A stretch of DNA of 64,000 nt from a bacterium (GCA_030704795.1 JAUYCZ010000028.1:19202-83201); one strand, 5' to 3'. Positions 7,267 to 16,820 are shown, numbered from the stretch's first letter. Notes: a model not told the origin generated them from the sequence alone. Program-made: numbers and translations.

Positions 7267-8454
7267 ATGGATCAATCTTTAGGTTTTTACCGCCTCGGCA
7301 TCGCCCCGAATATATTACAGATACTCGATAGACTTAATTTTAAAGTTCCCACGCCCATTCAGGAAAAATCGATTCCTCCGGCGATCGAGGGAAAGGATAT
7401 GATCGGCATCGCCCAGACCGGCACCGGCAAGACGCTGGCTTTCGGCGTGCCCATGATTCAGGCCGCGCTCCAAGGAAAACAGGGGCTCGTCGTCTTGCCG
7501 ACAAGAGAGCTCGCCCTCCAAATAAATGAAGTTTTCCGCAAGATCGGATCTTCCCTCGGCGTGCGGACGGCGGTTTTAATTGGCGGTGAGTCCATTGGCC
7601 GCCAAATTCAAGCGCTCCGGCGGAATCCCCAAATTGTCATTGGCACCCCGGGAAGGATCATTGATCACCTGGAACAAAAGACAGTCTCGTTCAAAACCAT
7701 GGCCGTTCTCGTTCTCGATGAGGCGGATCGGATGCTGGATATGGGCTTTGCGCCACAGTTGAAGCGAATACTCCAGGCACTGCCTCGCGATCGGCAAACG
7801 ATGCTTTTCTCGGCGACCATGCCGCAAGACATTATTAATATGGCGCGGGCCTATATGAGACTGCCCGTCCGCGTTGAAGTGGCTCCATCGGGTACTCCGC
7901 CCGAGAAGATTACGCAAGAACTTTTCTTTGTGGAGAAACAGGACAAGCCGCGGCTTCTGGAAAAAATCCTAACCGAGTATCGCGGATCCGTGCTTTTATT
8001 TTCCCGCACGAAATTCGGCGCGAAAAGAATTACCACAAACATCCGCGCTTTTGGCTATACCGTGGCCGAAATTCACTCCAACCGATCACTCAATCAGCGC
8101 CGGGAAGCGCTCGAAGGATTTCGAAACGGCACTTATCGAATTCTCGTGGCCACCGACATCGCCGCCCGCGGCATCGACGTGAGGGGCATCGAGCTGGTGC
8201 TAAACTACGATCTTCCCCATAGTCCGGAGGACTACGTTCATCGCATTGGACGGACGGGACGAGTGGGTGACGCCGGTCATGCCATCTCCTTTGCCATGCC
8301 GGAGGAGAAAGGCGATGTCCGGGGGATTGAGCGGCTGATCCGGGAAACCCTACCCCTCTCGAAACTTCCCCAACTTCCGCCCGCCCGCACGGCCATATTT
8401 GTGCCCAGATTTTCCAGGCCGGGACGGCTCAGCCGGCACCGACGACAAAGATAG
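7267..8454 (+). CDS. DEAD-box ATP-dependent RNA helicase
   Basis: Motifs AQTGTGKT, PTRELA, DEAD, SAT and HRIGRTGR. Confidence 0.9.
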   Translation: MDQSLGFYRLGIAPNILQILDRLNFKVPTPIQEKSIPPAIEGKDMIGIAQTGTGKTLAFGVPMIQAALQGKQGLVVLPTRELALQINEVFRKIGSSLGVRTAVLIGGESIGRQIQALRRNPQIVIGTPGRIIDHLEQKTVSFKTMAVLVLDEADRMLDMGFAPQLKRILQALPRDRQTMLFSATMPQDIINMARAYMRLPVRVEVAPSGTPPEKITQELFFVEKQDKPRLLEKILTEYRGSVLLFSRTKFGAKRITTNIRAFGYTVAEIHSNRSLNQRREALEGFRNGTYRILVATDIAARGIDVRGIELVLNYDLPHSPEDYVHRIGRTGRVGDAGHAISFAMPEEKGDVRGIERLIRETLPLSKLPQLPPARTAIFVPRFSRPGRLSRHRRQR

Positions 8455-8460
8455 TTCCCG

Positions 8461-8525
8461 TCATTATTCATTTTTAATATTGTCATTACTCATTTTAATA
8501 TTGTCATTATTCATTTTTAATATTG
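8461..8525. repeat. Tandem repeat of 22, 21 and 22 bp
   Basis: TCATTATTCATTTTTAATATTG at 8461-8482, 8483-8503 (1-nt deletion, 1 substitution) and 8504-8525. The third unit encodes the last obg codons and its stop. Confidence 0.9.
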
Positions 8526-9466
8526 TTCAAGATTTTTTCTACCTTTTTCAGACTTTTCGGATCATTGACGGAGATGGCCATGACCCGGGGATCTATTTTT
8601 TTGAGTGCTGATAATTTTTTATTGAGCTCGGCTGGCGTAACCAGGTCGCTTTTTGTCAGAAAAAGACGCTCGGGCTTTTCAAGAAGCGCCATGTTCCACG
8701 CGCCTAGTTCTTTACGGATAGTCTCATAGTCTTTCAAAGGATCGGAAGATTCCGCGGAAATGAGGTGGAAAAGAATATGCGTCCGCTCAATGTGGCGGAG
8801 GAATTTGATACCCAACCCCCGGCCGCTTGATGACCCCTCGATAAGCCCGGGAATATCGGCGAGAATGAGTTCGTAGTAGGCGCCCAGGTTGGGTTCAAGC
8901 GTGGTAAACAGATAATTGGCGACTTTGCTTTTGGCATTGGTGAGCTCGTTGAGCAAGCTTGATTTGCCGACATTCGGTAATCCCACCAAGCCGATATCGG
9001 CAATAAACTTGAGTTCGAGCCGGAAGGCAAAATTCTCTCCGGGCAGACCCGGCTGCGCAAACCGCGGCGTCGTGTTGGTTGAAGAACGAAATTGGAAATT
9101 ACCTTTTCCGCCCAGACCGCCTTTGGCGAGGAGGATCCGCTCGCCGGTCTTTTCAAAATTAATTTCGCGGCCGCTGATAAGATTGTGGGCGACAGTTCCA
9201 ATAGGAAGTTTTAGGATGAGATCACCGGCGTTGTAACCATCGCGGAACTGGCCGCGGCCGTCCCGGCCGTCCTCCGCCGAAAACACCTTTTTAAAGCGGA
9301 ACTGCCGGAGGGCGGTAAGATCGGAGACGCCTTCGGCATAGACGCTGCCGCCTCGGCCGCCCGACCCGCCGACCGGCCCGAGGCTTTTCATGTTTTTATT
9401 AAAGGCCACCGCGCCCTTGCCGCCGTGGCCCGCCCTTATTTCTATTTCGACGTCGTCAATCAACAT
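8507..9466 (-). CDS. obg: GTPase Obg
   Basis: Gly-rich Obg fold (AGHGGKGAVAF, GGSGGRGGSV) and G1 motif GLPNVGKSS. Confidence 0.9.
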   Translation of the reverse strand: MLIDDVEIEIRAGHGGKGAVAFNKNMKSLGPVGGSGGRGGSVYAEGVSDLTALRQFRFKKVFSAEDGRDGRGQFRDGYNAGDLILKLPIGTVAHNLISGREINFEKTGERILLAKGGLGGKGNFQFRSSTNTTPRFAQPGLPGENFAFRLELKFIADIGLVGLPNVGKSSLLNELTNAKSKVANYLFTTLEPNLGAYYELILADIPGLIEGSSSGRGLGIKFLRHIERTHILFHLISAESSDPLKDYETIRKELGAWNMALLEKPERLFLTKSDLVTPAELNKKLSALKKIDPRVMAISVNDPKSLKKVEKILNNIKNE

Positions 9467-9486
9467 TGTTTTTTAAAAGGTTAAAA

Positions 9487-9565
9487 GGTGACTGTCACCT
9501 TGATCGTTACGAACAAATTTGTTCCTAAATTTCGCATTTGGCGCGATTTTGAAAGATTCGATTTT
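9487..9565. repeat. Dispersed intergenic element (family 5), copy A, with palindrome GGTGACTGTCACC
   Basis: Shares blocks GGTGACTGTCACCTT, GAACAAATTT, AAATTyCGCATTTGGCGCGATTTT and AGATTCGATTTT with 59993-60086. Confidence 0.75.
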
Positions 9566-9611
9566 GAGCGAAAGGATTTTGGAGATGTTGTCTCCATCCG
9601 TCTTAATAATA

Positions 9612-9641
9612 GAAAATTCGCACGACACCATGCGAATTTTC
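9612..9641 (-). terminator. Hairpin terminator after hicA
   Basis: 11-bp stem GAAAATTCGCA / TGCGAATTTTC overlapping the stop codon, with a T-rich tail on the minus strand. Confidence 0.5.
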
Positions 9642-9877
9642 TAACCAGCGTTAAACCATTTTTCTTTTGGGATGCCGGATTGATTTATAATTCCCTTCAT
9701 TGTTTTGGGATCAAGCGCTTTCACGCCGTGGAAAGGGACGCATACCTGTCTAAATTTTTTATTGTAATTTCCGACGTAAAAATAATGGCTTCCTTCGACA
9801 TGATTCAATGAAAAATGATTATCTTTCAAAAGCCTTACTACATCGCTGAACGTCCAGTTAAAAATTTGACGCGGCAT
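9641..9877 (-). CDS. hicA: HicA-family mRNA interferase toxin
   Basis: 78 aa with the EGSHYFYV catalytic-His context typical of HicA/YcfA. A HicB-like gene lies directly upstream. Confidence 0.6.
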   Translation of the reverse strand: MPRQIFNWTFSDVVRLLKDNHFSLNHVEGSHYFYVGNYNKKFRQVCVPFHGVKALDPKTMKGIINQSGIPKEKWFNAG

Positions 9878-9882
9878 ACTTT

Positions 9883-10209
9883 TTACACAACCGCAAGAGT
9901 TCTCTCTCCAAAAGTGTACACCGGTGGCAAATATTTTGAAAGAGGAACTCCTTTCTTTTCTTGCAGTCTATCCCATAATTTTTCGTATTCCTCATCTGCC
10001 CTTTGGTTTAAAACTTGCGGACGCGCCTTAATTTTAATTACCGATTTTACATAGCCGCGAATAGCTTCAAATAAATACAGTAAAACTTCGCGAGGATCAT
10101 CGCCCGCTTCTATAATATTAAATTCGAGCGCTACCGCATACCATTTATCCCCTTCTTTAAAAACAATGTAGCGCACTCTTCCTTTTTGCAAGGTGTTTTT
10201 GTATTTCAT
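9883..10209 (-). CDS. hicB: HicB-like antitoxin
   Basis: 108 aa. YIVFKEGDKWYAVALEFNIIEAGDDPREV matches the HicB N-terminal fold pattern. There is a 5-nt gap to hicA. Confidence 0.55.
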   Translation of the reverse strand: MKYKNTLQKGRVRYIVFKEGDKWYAVALEFNIIEAGDDPREVLLYLFEAIRGYVKSVIKIKARPQVLNQRADEEYEKLWDRLQEKKGVPLSKYLPPVYTFGERTLAVV

Positions 10210-10340
10210 ATTTTTATGATAACAGATTAGACAGTAGTTTGCAACAATCGCAAATAATGAATATTTTAGTTGAAGTAGAGACTTTAAGGGGAAATTAAGC
10301 GATTTTTGACTTCCAGAACGGCGCGTCTCGATCGGGGCTA

Positions 10341-10985
10341 TTATTTCTTCTTTTTGTCCGAGTAATTCTTCCCGAGCAGATGTTCTTTCGTCTTTGCCTT
10401 GCCGTCTTTCGTCACAAATTCATCCCACCACCACTCGTTTGGGTTACTCTTTTTCATGGCAAAAGCCAGTTGTTTAGCTGATTTTGTGTGAAAATATGGA
10501 ACACGCGCGATGAAATCTCCCTCAAACCATTTCTCTGCGAGCTTGTTTCCCCTCCAGGTCAGAACCCACTCGTGATACATCTGTGCCAAGGAATCAGCGT
10601 CTTTCGCGCATTGAGAGACTAATGTTTTCCTCTCATTGTATTCTTTAAGCAGTTTTTTCAGGTCGGCTCCGAAATCTATATTTTTAAACTGGTCTTTGAT
10701 CGCCCGCTCCTCGTCGTCTTGGGTGTAATTCTTGGAAACAAAATCCAGGTCCCCTGTCCGCCCTTCGGCTAGGTCGTGGAAAGCGGCCATGCTCAACGCC
10801 TTCATCGCTTCTGCGTGATTGAGTTCTTCCATTCGCGCCAGGCAATAAGCAATGATTGAGGCATGGTTGCTATGGGAAGCAACGGTATCAAACGCATTGC
10901 CTAAACTGCGCACATGTGATCGGGGTGTTTGCAACAACGATCCCGCTTGCTGTATTAAAAAGAGGATTTTTTTATTGAATTGCAT
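10341..10985 (-). CDS. HD-domain phosphohydrolase (YfbR-like)
   Basis: H...HD signature (HSNHAS ... FHDLAEGRTGD). I prefer the ATG at 10985 because it avoids overlap with the upstream gene. Confidence 0.7.
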   Translation of the reverse strand: MQFNKKILFLIQQAGSLLQTPRSHVRSLGNAFDTVASHSNHASIIAYCLARMEELNHAEAMKALSMAAFHDLAEGRTGDLDFVSKNYTQDDEERAIKDQFKNIDFGADLKKLLKEYNERKTLVSQCAKDADSLAQMYHEWVLTWRGNKLAEKWFEGDFIARVPYFHTKSAKQLAFAMKKSNPNEWWWDEFVTKDGKAKTKEHLLGKNYSDKKKK

Positions 10986-11007
10986 AGTATTTACTGATTT
11001 TAAGAAT

Positions 11008-11280
11008 TTATAGCGAAACGAGTTTCGATATATCAAATTTTCTGTTTGCTATTAAAATCAGTTTCTTTTCGCGGCGCCAGCCCTTAATTTCGGCTTCGCG
11101 CTTCAAGGCACCACTTCGGTCTTTATGTTTCTCGGTATACAATACTTTCTTCACTTTTTTTGATTGGGTATACGCCCCTCCCTTGCCTAAACTATGTTCT
11201 TTGAATCTACGTCGTATATCGGTGGTAATACCGGTATAAATTGTTCCATCTCCGCATTCGATTAAATATACAAAATACAT
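11008..11280 (-). CDS. GIY-YIG nuclease superfamily protein (UPF0213/YhbQ-like)
   Basis: YFVYLIECGDGTIYTGIT ... RFKEH ... REAEIKGW. Confidence 0.8.
   Translation of the reverse strand: MYFVYLIECGDGTIYTGITTDIRRRFKEHSLGKGGAYTQSKKVKKVLYTEKHKDRSGALKREAEIKGWRREKKLILIANRKFDISKLVSL
11009..11034. repeat. TATAGCG-hairpin-CGATATATC motif (family 4 copy)
   Basis: TATAGCGAAACGAGTTTCGATATATC, 24 nt upstream of the HD-gene ATG. Confidence 0.6.
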
Positions 11281-11284
11281 GATA

Positions 11285-11413
11285 TAAATTATGGAGCGTA
11301 CATTTGCGCTGGTGCGCTCAGTACCTCTCCCTCACATTTGTTCGGGACTTTGCTCGCCTGCGTTCTTGCCCCTCGTCGTAAAGCTCCTCGGGACTGCGTC
11401 GCTACGCTCCTTG
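11285..11413 (-). other. GC-rich non-coding spacer 3' of tRNA-Gln containing family-1 repeat cores
   Basis: Contains TTCGGGACTTTG (11341-11352) and CCCCTCGTCGTAAAGCTCCTCGGGACTGCGTC (11369-11400). No ORF. Confidence 0.5.
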
Positions 11414-11484
11414 CTGCGGGACTAGGATTCGAACCTAGATAAGCAGATCCAAAATCTGCTGTCCTACCATTAGACGATCCCGCA
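11414..11484 (-). tRNA. tRNA-Gln (UUG)
   Basis: Cloverleaf read by eye: acceptor UGCGGGA/UCCCGCA, anticodon loop UUUUGGA, T-arm GGTTCGAATCC. No encoded CCA. Confidence 0.85.
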
Positions 11485-11518
11485 TCATAAATTCAAATTT
11501 CAAAGCACAAATTCCAAA

Positions 11519-12631
11519 CTACTCGACGCCGCAAAATTCGGCGATGGCCAATTCCAGGGGCAGCTGGAGAATCGGCGAAGATTTCATGCGGTTTTGCGCC
11601 TCGAGCAAGAGGTTGATCAGGCGGCGCAGCTCTTCTTCCTTAAACTTGGTTGCCTGCCCTTTTAATTTCTGGAATTCTTCATCGGTCAGGCCATCGGTTA
11701 AGGGATTGTGGAGTTCCGGGCCGCCGATCTTGAACATCAGGGTGGCGTGGAGATAGCCGATCAGCTCGATGGCCAGCTGTTGCAAATCCGCCCCTTGGTC
11801 AAAGGCTTCGTTCAGGGCGCTAATGGCCTGGGCCGTATTCTTGTCGGACAATAAATCAACCAATCGGCTGATCTTTCCCATTTCCACCACGCCCAACAGC
11901 TCTCTTAAATCCTCAACCGAAATGGTCGTTTCTTTCTTTCCCATCTGGGAAGAAAAAGTGGCGGCTTGGTCGAGAATACTTTCGGCGTCCCGGAAAGATC
12001 CCCCCGAATTTAAAGCAATCAATTCGAGGGCAGGTTTTTCGATCTTAATCCCCTCTTTTTCTGAAATTATCCCCAGGCGCTTGATAATCTCGGGCGATTT
12101 CAGCCGCCTGAAATCAAAATGTTGGCAGCGGGAAATAATGGTCGGAATCATCTTATGGATTTCGGTCGTGGCCAAGATAAAAATGGCATGACGGGGCGGT
12201 TCTTCCAAAGTTTTCAAAAGAGCGTTGGCCGCGTCTTTAGAAAGCTGATGGGCTTCGTCGAGAATAAAAACCTTGTATTTAGACTTAGTCGGAGAAAATA
12301 TAATCCCCTCTTTCAATTCCCGGATATCATCGATGCCCCGGTGAGAAGCGGCATCAATCTCGATTAAATCAATCGCCCGGCCTTCATTAATTTCAACGCA
12401 GCTGTCGCACTTATTACACGGTTCAAATTCTTTTAGGTCCAAGCAATTGACGGCCTTAGCCAAAAGACGGGCCATGGTAGTTTTGCCCGACCCGCGCGGC
12501 CCGGAAAATAAATAGCCATGGGAGATGGCCCCGGATTTTAAAGCATTGGTCAGGGTTTTGACGACGTGTTCCTGGCCGATGACTTCCGAAAAGCTTTTGG
12601 GGCGATATTTGCGGTAAAAAACTTGTGACAT
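11519..12631 (-). CDS. dnaX: DNA polymerase III subunit gamma/tau
   Basis: YRPKSF, Walker A GPRGSGKTT, Zn module CxxC..C..C and DEAH. Start taken at the ATG at 12631. Confidence 0.9.
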   Translation of the reverse strand: MSQVFYRKYRPKSFSEVIGQEHVVKTLTNALKSGAISHGYLFSGPRGSGKTTMARLLAKAVNCLDLKEFEPCNKCDSCVEINEGRAIDLIEIDAASHRGIDDIRELKEGIIFSPTKSKYKVFILDEAHQLSKDAANALLKTLEEPPRHAIFILATTEIHKMIPTIISRCQHFDFRRLKSPEIIKRLGIISEKEGIKIEKPALELIALNSGGSFRDAESILDQAATFSSQMGKKETTISVEDLRELLGVVEMGKISRLVDLLSDKNTAQAISALNEAFDQGADLQQLAIELIGYLHATLMFKIGGPELHNPLTDGLTDEEFQKLKGQATKFKEEELRRLINLLLEAQNRMKSSPILQLPLELAIAEFCGVE

Positions 12632-12635
12632 ATGG

Positions 12636-13229
12636 TTATTTGAACACCACAAACTTATATCCTGCGAAGTTCCACATTAATCCTACTACGCTGCCCAGCA
12701 AAGCGCCGACGTTGGCCCAGGTCTTGAGAGCTAATCCGAATTGGGGGCCAATGAGGTTAACCACCAGAGAAGCGACGCCGACATTGATGAGAAAACCAAT
12801 GGCGCTGACAACGAGAAACTGGCCGAATTTGCTCTGGCGGGAGCCGAAAGTCCAATTCTTGTTCCAAAAGTAGGAATTGGTGGTGGCGACCAAAAAGGAA
12901 ATCCCCTTAAAGACGGAGTACCAGAGACCGGCACTGGTGGCGGAAATAATGATCAAGAGGTTTAAGACGCCCAGGTCCACCAGCACGTTCAGGCCACCAA
13001 CCAAAAAGAACTTGGCGAACTGGTAAAGAATAGACAGCCTTTTCTTGAAAAACAGGGCGACGACCATTCCTCCCGCGCAGAGTAGCGGAAAAACGATCGG
13101 CAGGAGCCACCCATTTGTGGTGAGCTTGTCGAATCCAAAAGGCAGCGCCCCAATATTTTTAAAAATCAGCAGCATCAGCCAGGCGCTGATTTCACCGATG
13201 ACTAATGAGACCAAAATGTCTTTTCTCAT
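12636..13229 (-). CDS. GtrA-family membrane protein
   Basis: Four TM segments. The pattern FFLVGGLNVLVDLGVLNLL and a C-terminal KFVVFK are typical of GtrA. Confidence 0.65.
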   Translation of the reverse strand: MRKDILVSLVIGEISAWLMLLIFKNIGALPFGFDKLTTNGWLLPIVFPLLCAGGMVVALFFKKRLSILYQFAKFFLVGGLNVLVDLGVLNLLIIISATSAGLWYSVFKGISFLVATTNSYFWNKNWTFGSRQSKFGQFLVVSAIGFLINVGVASLVVNLIGPQFGLALKTWANVGALLGSVVGLMWNFAGYKFVVFK

Positions 13230-13288
13230 AGTGTTGTTTCAATTTACCACGGCCTGGGAAAAATGTAAAAAAGTGTTAAAATGGTCAT

Positions 13289-14740
13289 ATGACGACTCTT
13301 CGTTTGTACAACACGCTGACAAGAAAACTGGAGGGGCTTAGACCCATCAAGCCGGGCCGGGTTGGCATTTACTCTTGCGGGCCGACGGTTTATTGGAACC
13401 AGCACATCGGCCATATGTACTGCTATGTTCAATGGGATGTTTTAGTCAGGTTTTTAAGATATTTGGGATTTAAGGTCAAATGGGTAATGAACCTGACCGA
13501 TGTCGGGCATTTGGTTTCTGACGCAGATGAAGGTGAAGATAAGATGGAAAAAGGCGCCAAAAGAGAGGGCTTGACCGTCTGGCAGATAGCCGATAAATAC
13601 ATCCAGCAATTTAAAGAGAGCGTGGCCCTGCTCAACATCCAGGAACCCGACGTTTTCTGTCGGGCCACCGAGCACATCAAAGAACAAATAGAGCTAATTA
13701 AGAAGATCGAGAAAAAAGGCTTTACCTACAAGACCAAGACCGGATTGGTTTTTGATACTTCCAAGTTTCCTGAATATGCCAAATTCGCCAGACTTAATTT
13801 AAAAAAACAGACGGCCGGCTCAAGGGTAGAGGTTGACCCGGAAAAGAAAAAGCCTTGGGATTTTCTTCTTTGGGTGACCAACCAGCCGAATCACATTATG
13901 CAGTGGGATAGCCCTTGGGGCAAAGGTTTTCCTGGCTGGCACATCGAGTGCACGGCCATGTCCACCAAGTACCTGGGAAAACGGTTTGACATTCACACTG
14001 GCGGCAAAGAGCATATCCCGGTTCACCACACCAACGAGGTGGCCCAGGCTTTTGGCGCTTTCGGCCAGCAGACGGCCAATTACTGGCTGCATAACGGCTG
14101 GCTGGTGATTGAAAGTGAGAAAATGTCAAAGAGCTTGGGAAACAATGTTTTGGCGACTAACTTGATTGATAAGGGATTTAATCCCCTGGCCTTGCGTTAT
14201 CTGATTCTGACCTCTCATTATCGTCAGGGGCTGAACTTTACTTGGAAAGGATTGGGGGCGGCGCAAAGAGCTCTGGATAATCTTTACGAAAAAGTCGTCG
14301 AGTTAAAAGAGCAAAGTTCTCGAACTAAACCGAAGTCTCAAACCTTGGTCCCGAATCTGAGTCGAGGGAGCCGGAGCTTCAAGGAGTACCAAAAGAAGTT
14401 TATTGAGAGATTAGCTCAGGACCTCGGCGTTGCCTCGGCTCTGGCTCTGACTTGGCAGATGCTGAAAGACAAGGCCTTGAAGCCAGAAGAAAAATATAGG
14501 CTCCTGATCGATTTTGACCAAGTTTTCGGCCTAAAATTGTGGGAGGTCCGACCTCCCACAATCTTTGAGTTGCCGGCGGCGATGAAAAGGCTAGTTGAAC
14601 GGCGGGAAAAACTGCGTCAGGCCAAGAAATGGCAGGAAGCAGATGAGGTTAGAAAAAAGATTGAGAAGCTGGGCTGGCAGATTGAAGACACGTCCGAAGG
14701 ACCAAAGACTAGAAAAATGAGCTTAAATAATTTGTTTTAG
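13289..14740 (+). CDS. cysS: Cysteine--tRNA ligase
   Basis: HIGH (HIGHMY), KMSKS, and CGPTVY near the N-terminus. Confidence 0.9.
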   Translation: MTTLRLYNTLTRKLEGLRPIKPGRVGIYSCGPTVYWNQHIGHMYCYVQWDVLVRFLRYLGFKVKWVMNLTDVGHLVSDADEGEDKMEKGAKREGLTVWQIADKYIQQFKESVALLNIQEPDVFCRATEHIKEQIELIKKIEKKGFTYKTKTGLVFDTSKFPEYAKFARLNLKKQTAGSRVEVDPEKKKPWDFLLWVTNQPNHIMQWDSPWGKGFPGWHIECTAMSTKYLGKRFDIHTGGKEHIPVHHTNEVAQAFGAFGQQTANYWLHNGWLVIESEKMSKSLGNNVLATNLIDKGFNPLALRYLILTSHYRQGLNFTWKGLGAAQRALDNLYEKVVELKEQSSRTKPKSQTLVPNLSRGSRSFKEYQKKFIERLAQDLGVASALALTWQMLKDKALKPEEKYRLLIDFDQVFGLKLWEVRPPTIFELPAAMKRLVERREKLRQAKKWQEADEVRKKIEKLGWQIEDTSEGPKTRKMSLNNLF

Positions 14741-14828
14741 AAACAACGCCGTTTTCTACTACCGGGTGTGCATTACCAGGGGATTTTTATTTATTGCCAA
14801 GGCTCCTGCCTTTTGTTAGATTAGAGAC

Positions 14829-16190
14829 ATGCCCGAGCCAATTTCAGAAAAACTTCCTCCGCAGAATTTGGAGGCCGAACAATCGGTCTTGGGTTGTCTT
14901 TTGATTGACCAAAACGCCATCATCAAAGTCGTTGATTTCCTCAAGCCCCGGGATTTCTACAGAGCCATCCATCATGAAGTTTATCAGGCCATGATGGATC
15001 TCTTTGAACGGAACGAGCCGATCGATCTGCTTTCGGTTTCCAGTCGCCTCAAGGAAAAAGAAAAGCTCGAAGAGATCGGCGGGACTTCTTATCTGACGCA
15101 GCTGGTCAATACCGTACCCACGGCCGCTCATACCTTAAATTACGCCCAGATCGTCCAGCGCAAAAGAATCTTGAGAGACCTGATTGACGCCAGCCACGAA
15201 ATTAATCAGATGGGTTACGACGAATCAGAAGACGTCGAGGTTTTACTTGATCAGGCCGAGAGAAAAATCTTTTCCATCACCCAGAAATCATTAAGCCAGA
15301 AGTTTTTGTCGATCAAAGAAAGCCTGGAAGAGGCTTTTGAAAGAATTGATCGGCTTTCCCGCCACGAAGGCGGCCCCCGGGGCGTGCCCACCGGCTTTAT
15401 TGATCTGGATAATATGCTTTCCGGATTGCAGAAATCAGATCTGATCATTCTCGCCTCTCGTCCCTCAATGGGAAAATCTTCTCTCGCCCTTGATTTTGCC
15501 CTCCACGTAGCGGTTCATGAAAATCTGCCCGTCGGGATTTTCAGCCTGGAAATGTCCATGGATCAGGTGGTGGATCGTTTGATTGCTTCCCAATCCGGCG
15601 TTGATCTTTGGAAGATTAGAACCGGCACCCTTTCTTCCCGGGGCGAGGATAATGACTTCTCTAAGATTCAAACGGCTCTAGGCGTTCTAGCCGAAACGCC
15701 AATCTATATCGATGACGCGGCCACTTCCAATGTTTTGCAGATGAGGGCGATGGCTCGTCGGCTTCAGGCGGACAAAGGACTGGGCTTGCTTATCATTGAC
15801 TATCTTCAGTTGGCTGAACCCCGAACTGGTACCGATAGCATGGTTCAGCAGATCACCGAGGTCTCCCGTTCTTTAAAGGGTCTGGCCCGTGAATTGAGTG
15901 TGCCGGTCTTGGCCATTTCCCAGCTGTCGAGAGCGGTCGAACAGCGCTCGCCCCAGATACCCCGGTTGGCCGATTTGCGCGAAAGCGGGAGTTTAGAGCA
16001 AGATGCCGACGTGGTTTTGTTTATTTATCGCGAAGACAGGTATCGTCAGGATTCAGAGAAAAAAAATATTGCCGACATCATCATTGCCAAACACCGCAAC
16101 GGCCCGGTGGGCAAAGTTGAACTCTACTTCAACGAACAAATCGTCAGCTTTAGAAATCTAGCCAAGGAAGAGCGTGAATTCATTGCCTAA
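14829..16190 (+). CDS. dnaB: Replicative DNA helicase
   Basis: PPQNLEAEQSVLG N-terminus and Walker A SRPSMGKSS. Confidence 0.9.
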   Translation: MPEPISEKLPPQNLEAEQSVLGCLLIDQNAIIKVVDFLKPRDFYRAIHHEVYQAMMDLFERNEPIDLLSVSSRLKEKEKLEEIGGTSYLTQLVNTVPTAAHTLNYAQIVQRKRILRDLIDASHEINQMGYDESEDVEVLLDQAERKIFSITQKSLSQKFLSIKESLEEAFERIDRLSRHEGGPRGVPTGFIDLDNMLSGLQKSDLIILASRPSMGKSSLALDFALHVAVHENLPVGIFSLEMSMDQVVDRLIASQSGVDLWKIRTGTLSSRGEDNDFSKIQTALGVLAETPIYIDDAATSNVLQMRAMARRLQADKGLGLLIIDYLQLAEPRTGTDSMVQQITEVSRSLKGLARELSVPVLAISQLSRAVEQRSPQIPRLADLRESGSLEQDADVVLFIYREDRYRQDSEKKNIADIIIAKHRNGPVGKVELYFNEQIVSFRNLAKEEREFIA

Positions 16191-16820
16191 ATGTATTCAC
16201 CCGCAATCCAGAAGTTAATTGATATTTTCTCTCGATTTCCCGGCGTGGGACCGAGAACGGCCTCGCGCTTTGTTTTCTATCTTTTGCGAAAATCTCAATC
16301 AGAAGCGGAAGAACTTCTAAACTCGATTATAAACGTGAGAAAAGCCGTCCAAGTTTGTATCTTTTGCCTGAACCTCTTTGAGCCCAAAAACGAGGAAACT
16401 CTTTGTCCTATTTGTCGTGACCCGAGACGGGATAAAACCCTGCTTTGCGTCGTGGAAAAGGAGGCGGACCTGGCCTTACTGGAAAAGACCAAGAAATATA
16501 AAGGCCTTTACTTTGTTTTGGGCGGGTTGCTCTCTCCTTTAAGGAAGAAAGAAACCGAACGGCTGATGATCGAAAGCTTCTTAAAAAGAGTCAAGAGCCC
16601 GGAACAATTCGGCCTGATCGAATCTAGTTTCAAAGAAGTGATCGTGGCCATCAGCTACACGACGGAAGGCGAAGCGACCAGCCTTTATCTGGAAAGGGCC
16701 CTAAAGCCGTTCAATAAAAAAATTACCCGCTTAGGACAGGGCTTGCCTTTGGGGGCAGAGATTGAATACGCTGACGAGGAAACTCTGTCGTCGGCTCTGG
16801 CGGGCCGGAAAGAAGTCTAG
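16191..16820 (+). CDS. recR: Recombination protein RecR
   Basis: HhH segment FPGVGPRTASR, a C4 zinc finger and a Toprim segment. Confidence 0.9.
   Translation: MYSPAIQKLIDIFSRFPGVGPRTASRFVFYLLRKSQSEAEELLNSIINVRKAVQVCIFCLNLFEPKNEETLCPICRDPRRDKTLLCVVEKEADLALLEKTKKYKGLYFVLGGLLSPLRKKETERLMIESFLKRVKSPEQFGLIESSFKEVIVAISYTTEGEATSLYLERALKPFNKKITRLGQGLPLGAEIEYADEETLSSALAGRKEV

Noticed and set aside
8461-8525. The 22-bp tandem repeats as a possible CRISPR array.
   Set aside because: The units are directly adjacent with no spacers. There are only three copies, they are AT-rich and non-palindromic, and there are no cas genes.
9488-9811. Plus-strand ORF of 107 aa covering the obg-upstream repeat and running antisense into hicA.
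   Set aside because: It has a GTG start inside the palindrome and no RBS. It overlaps hicA antisense, and its N-terminal part is the dispersed non-coding element, which is also present at 59993 without an equivalent ORF.
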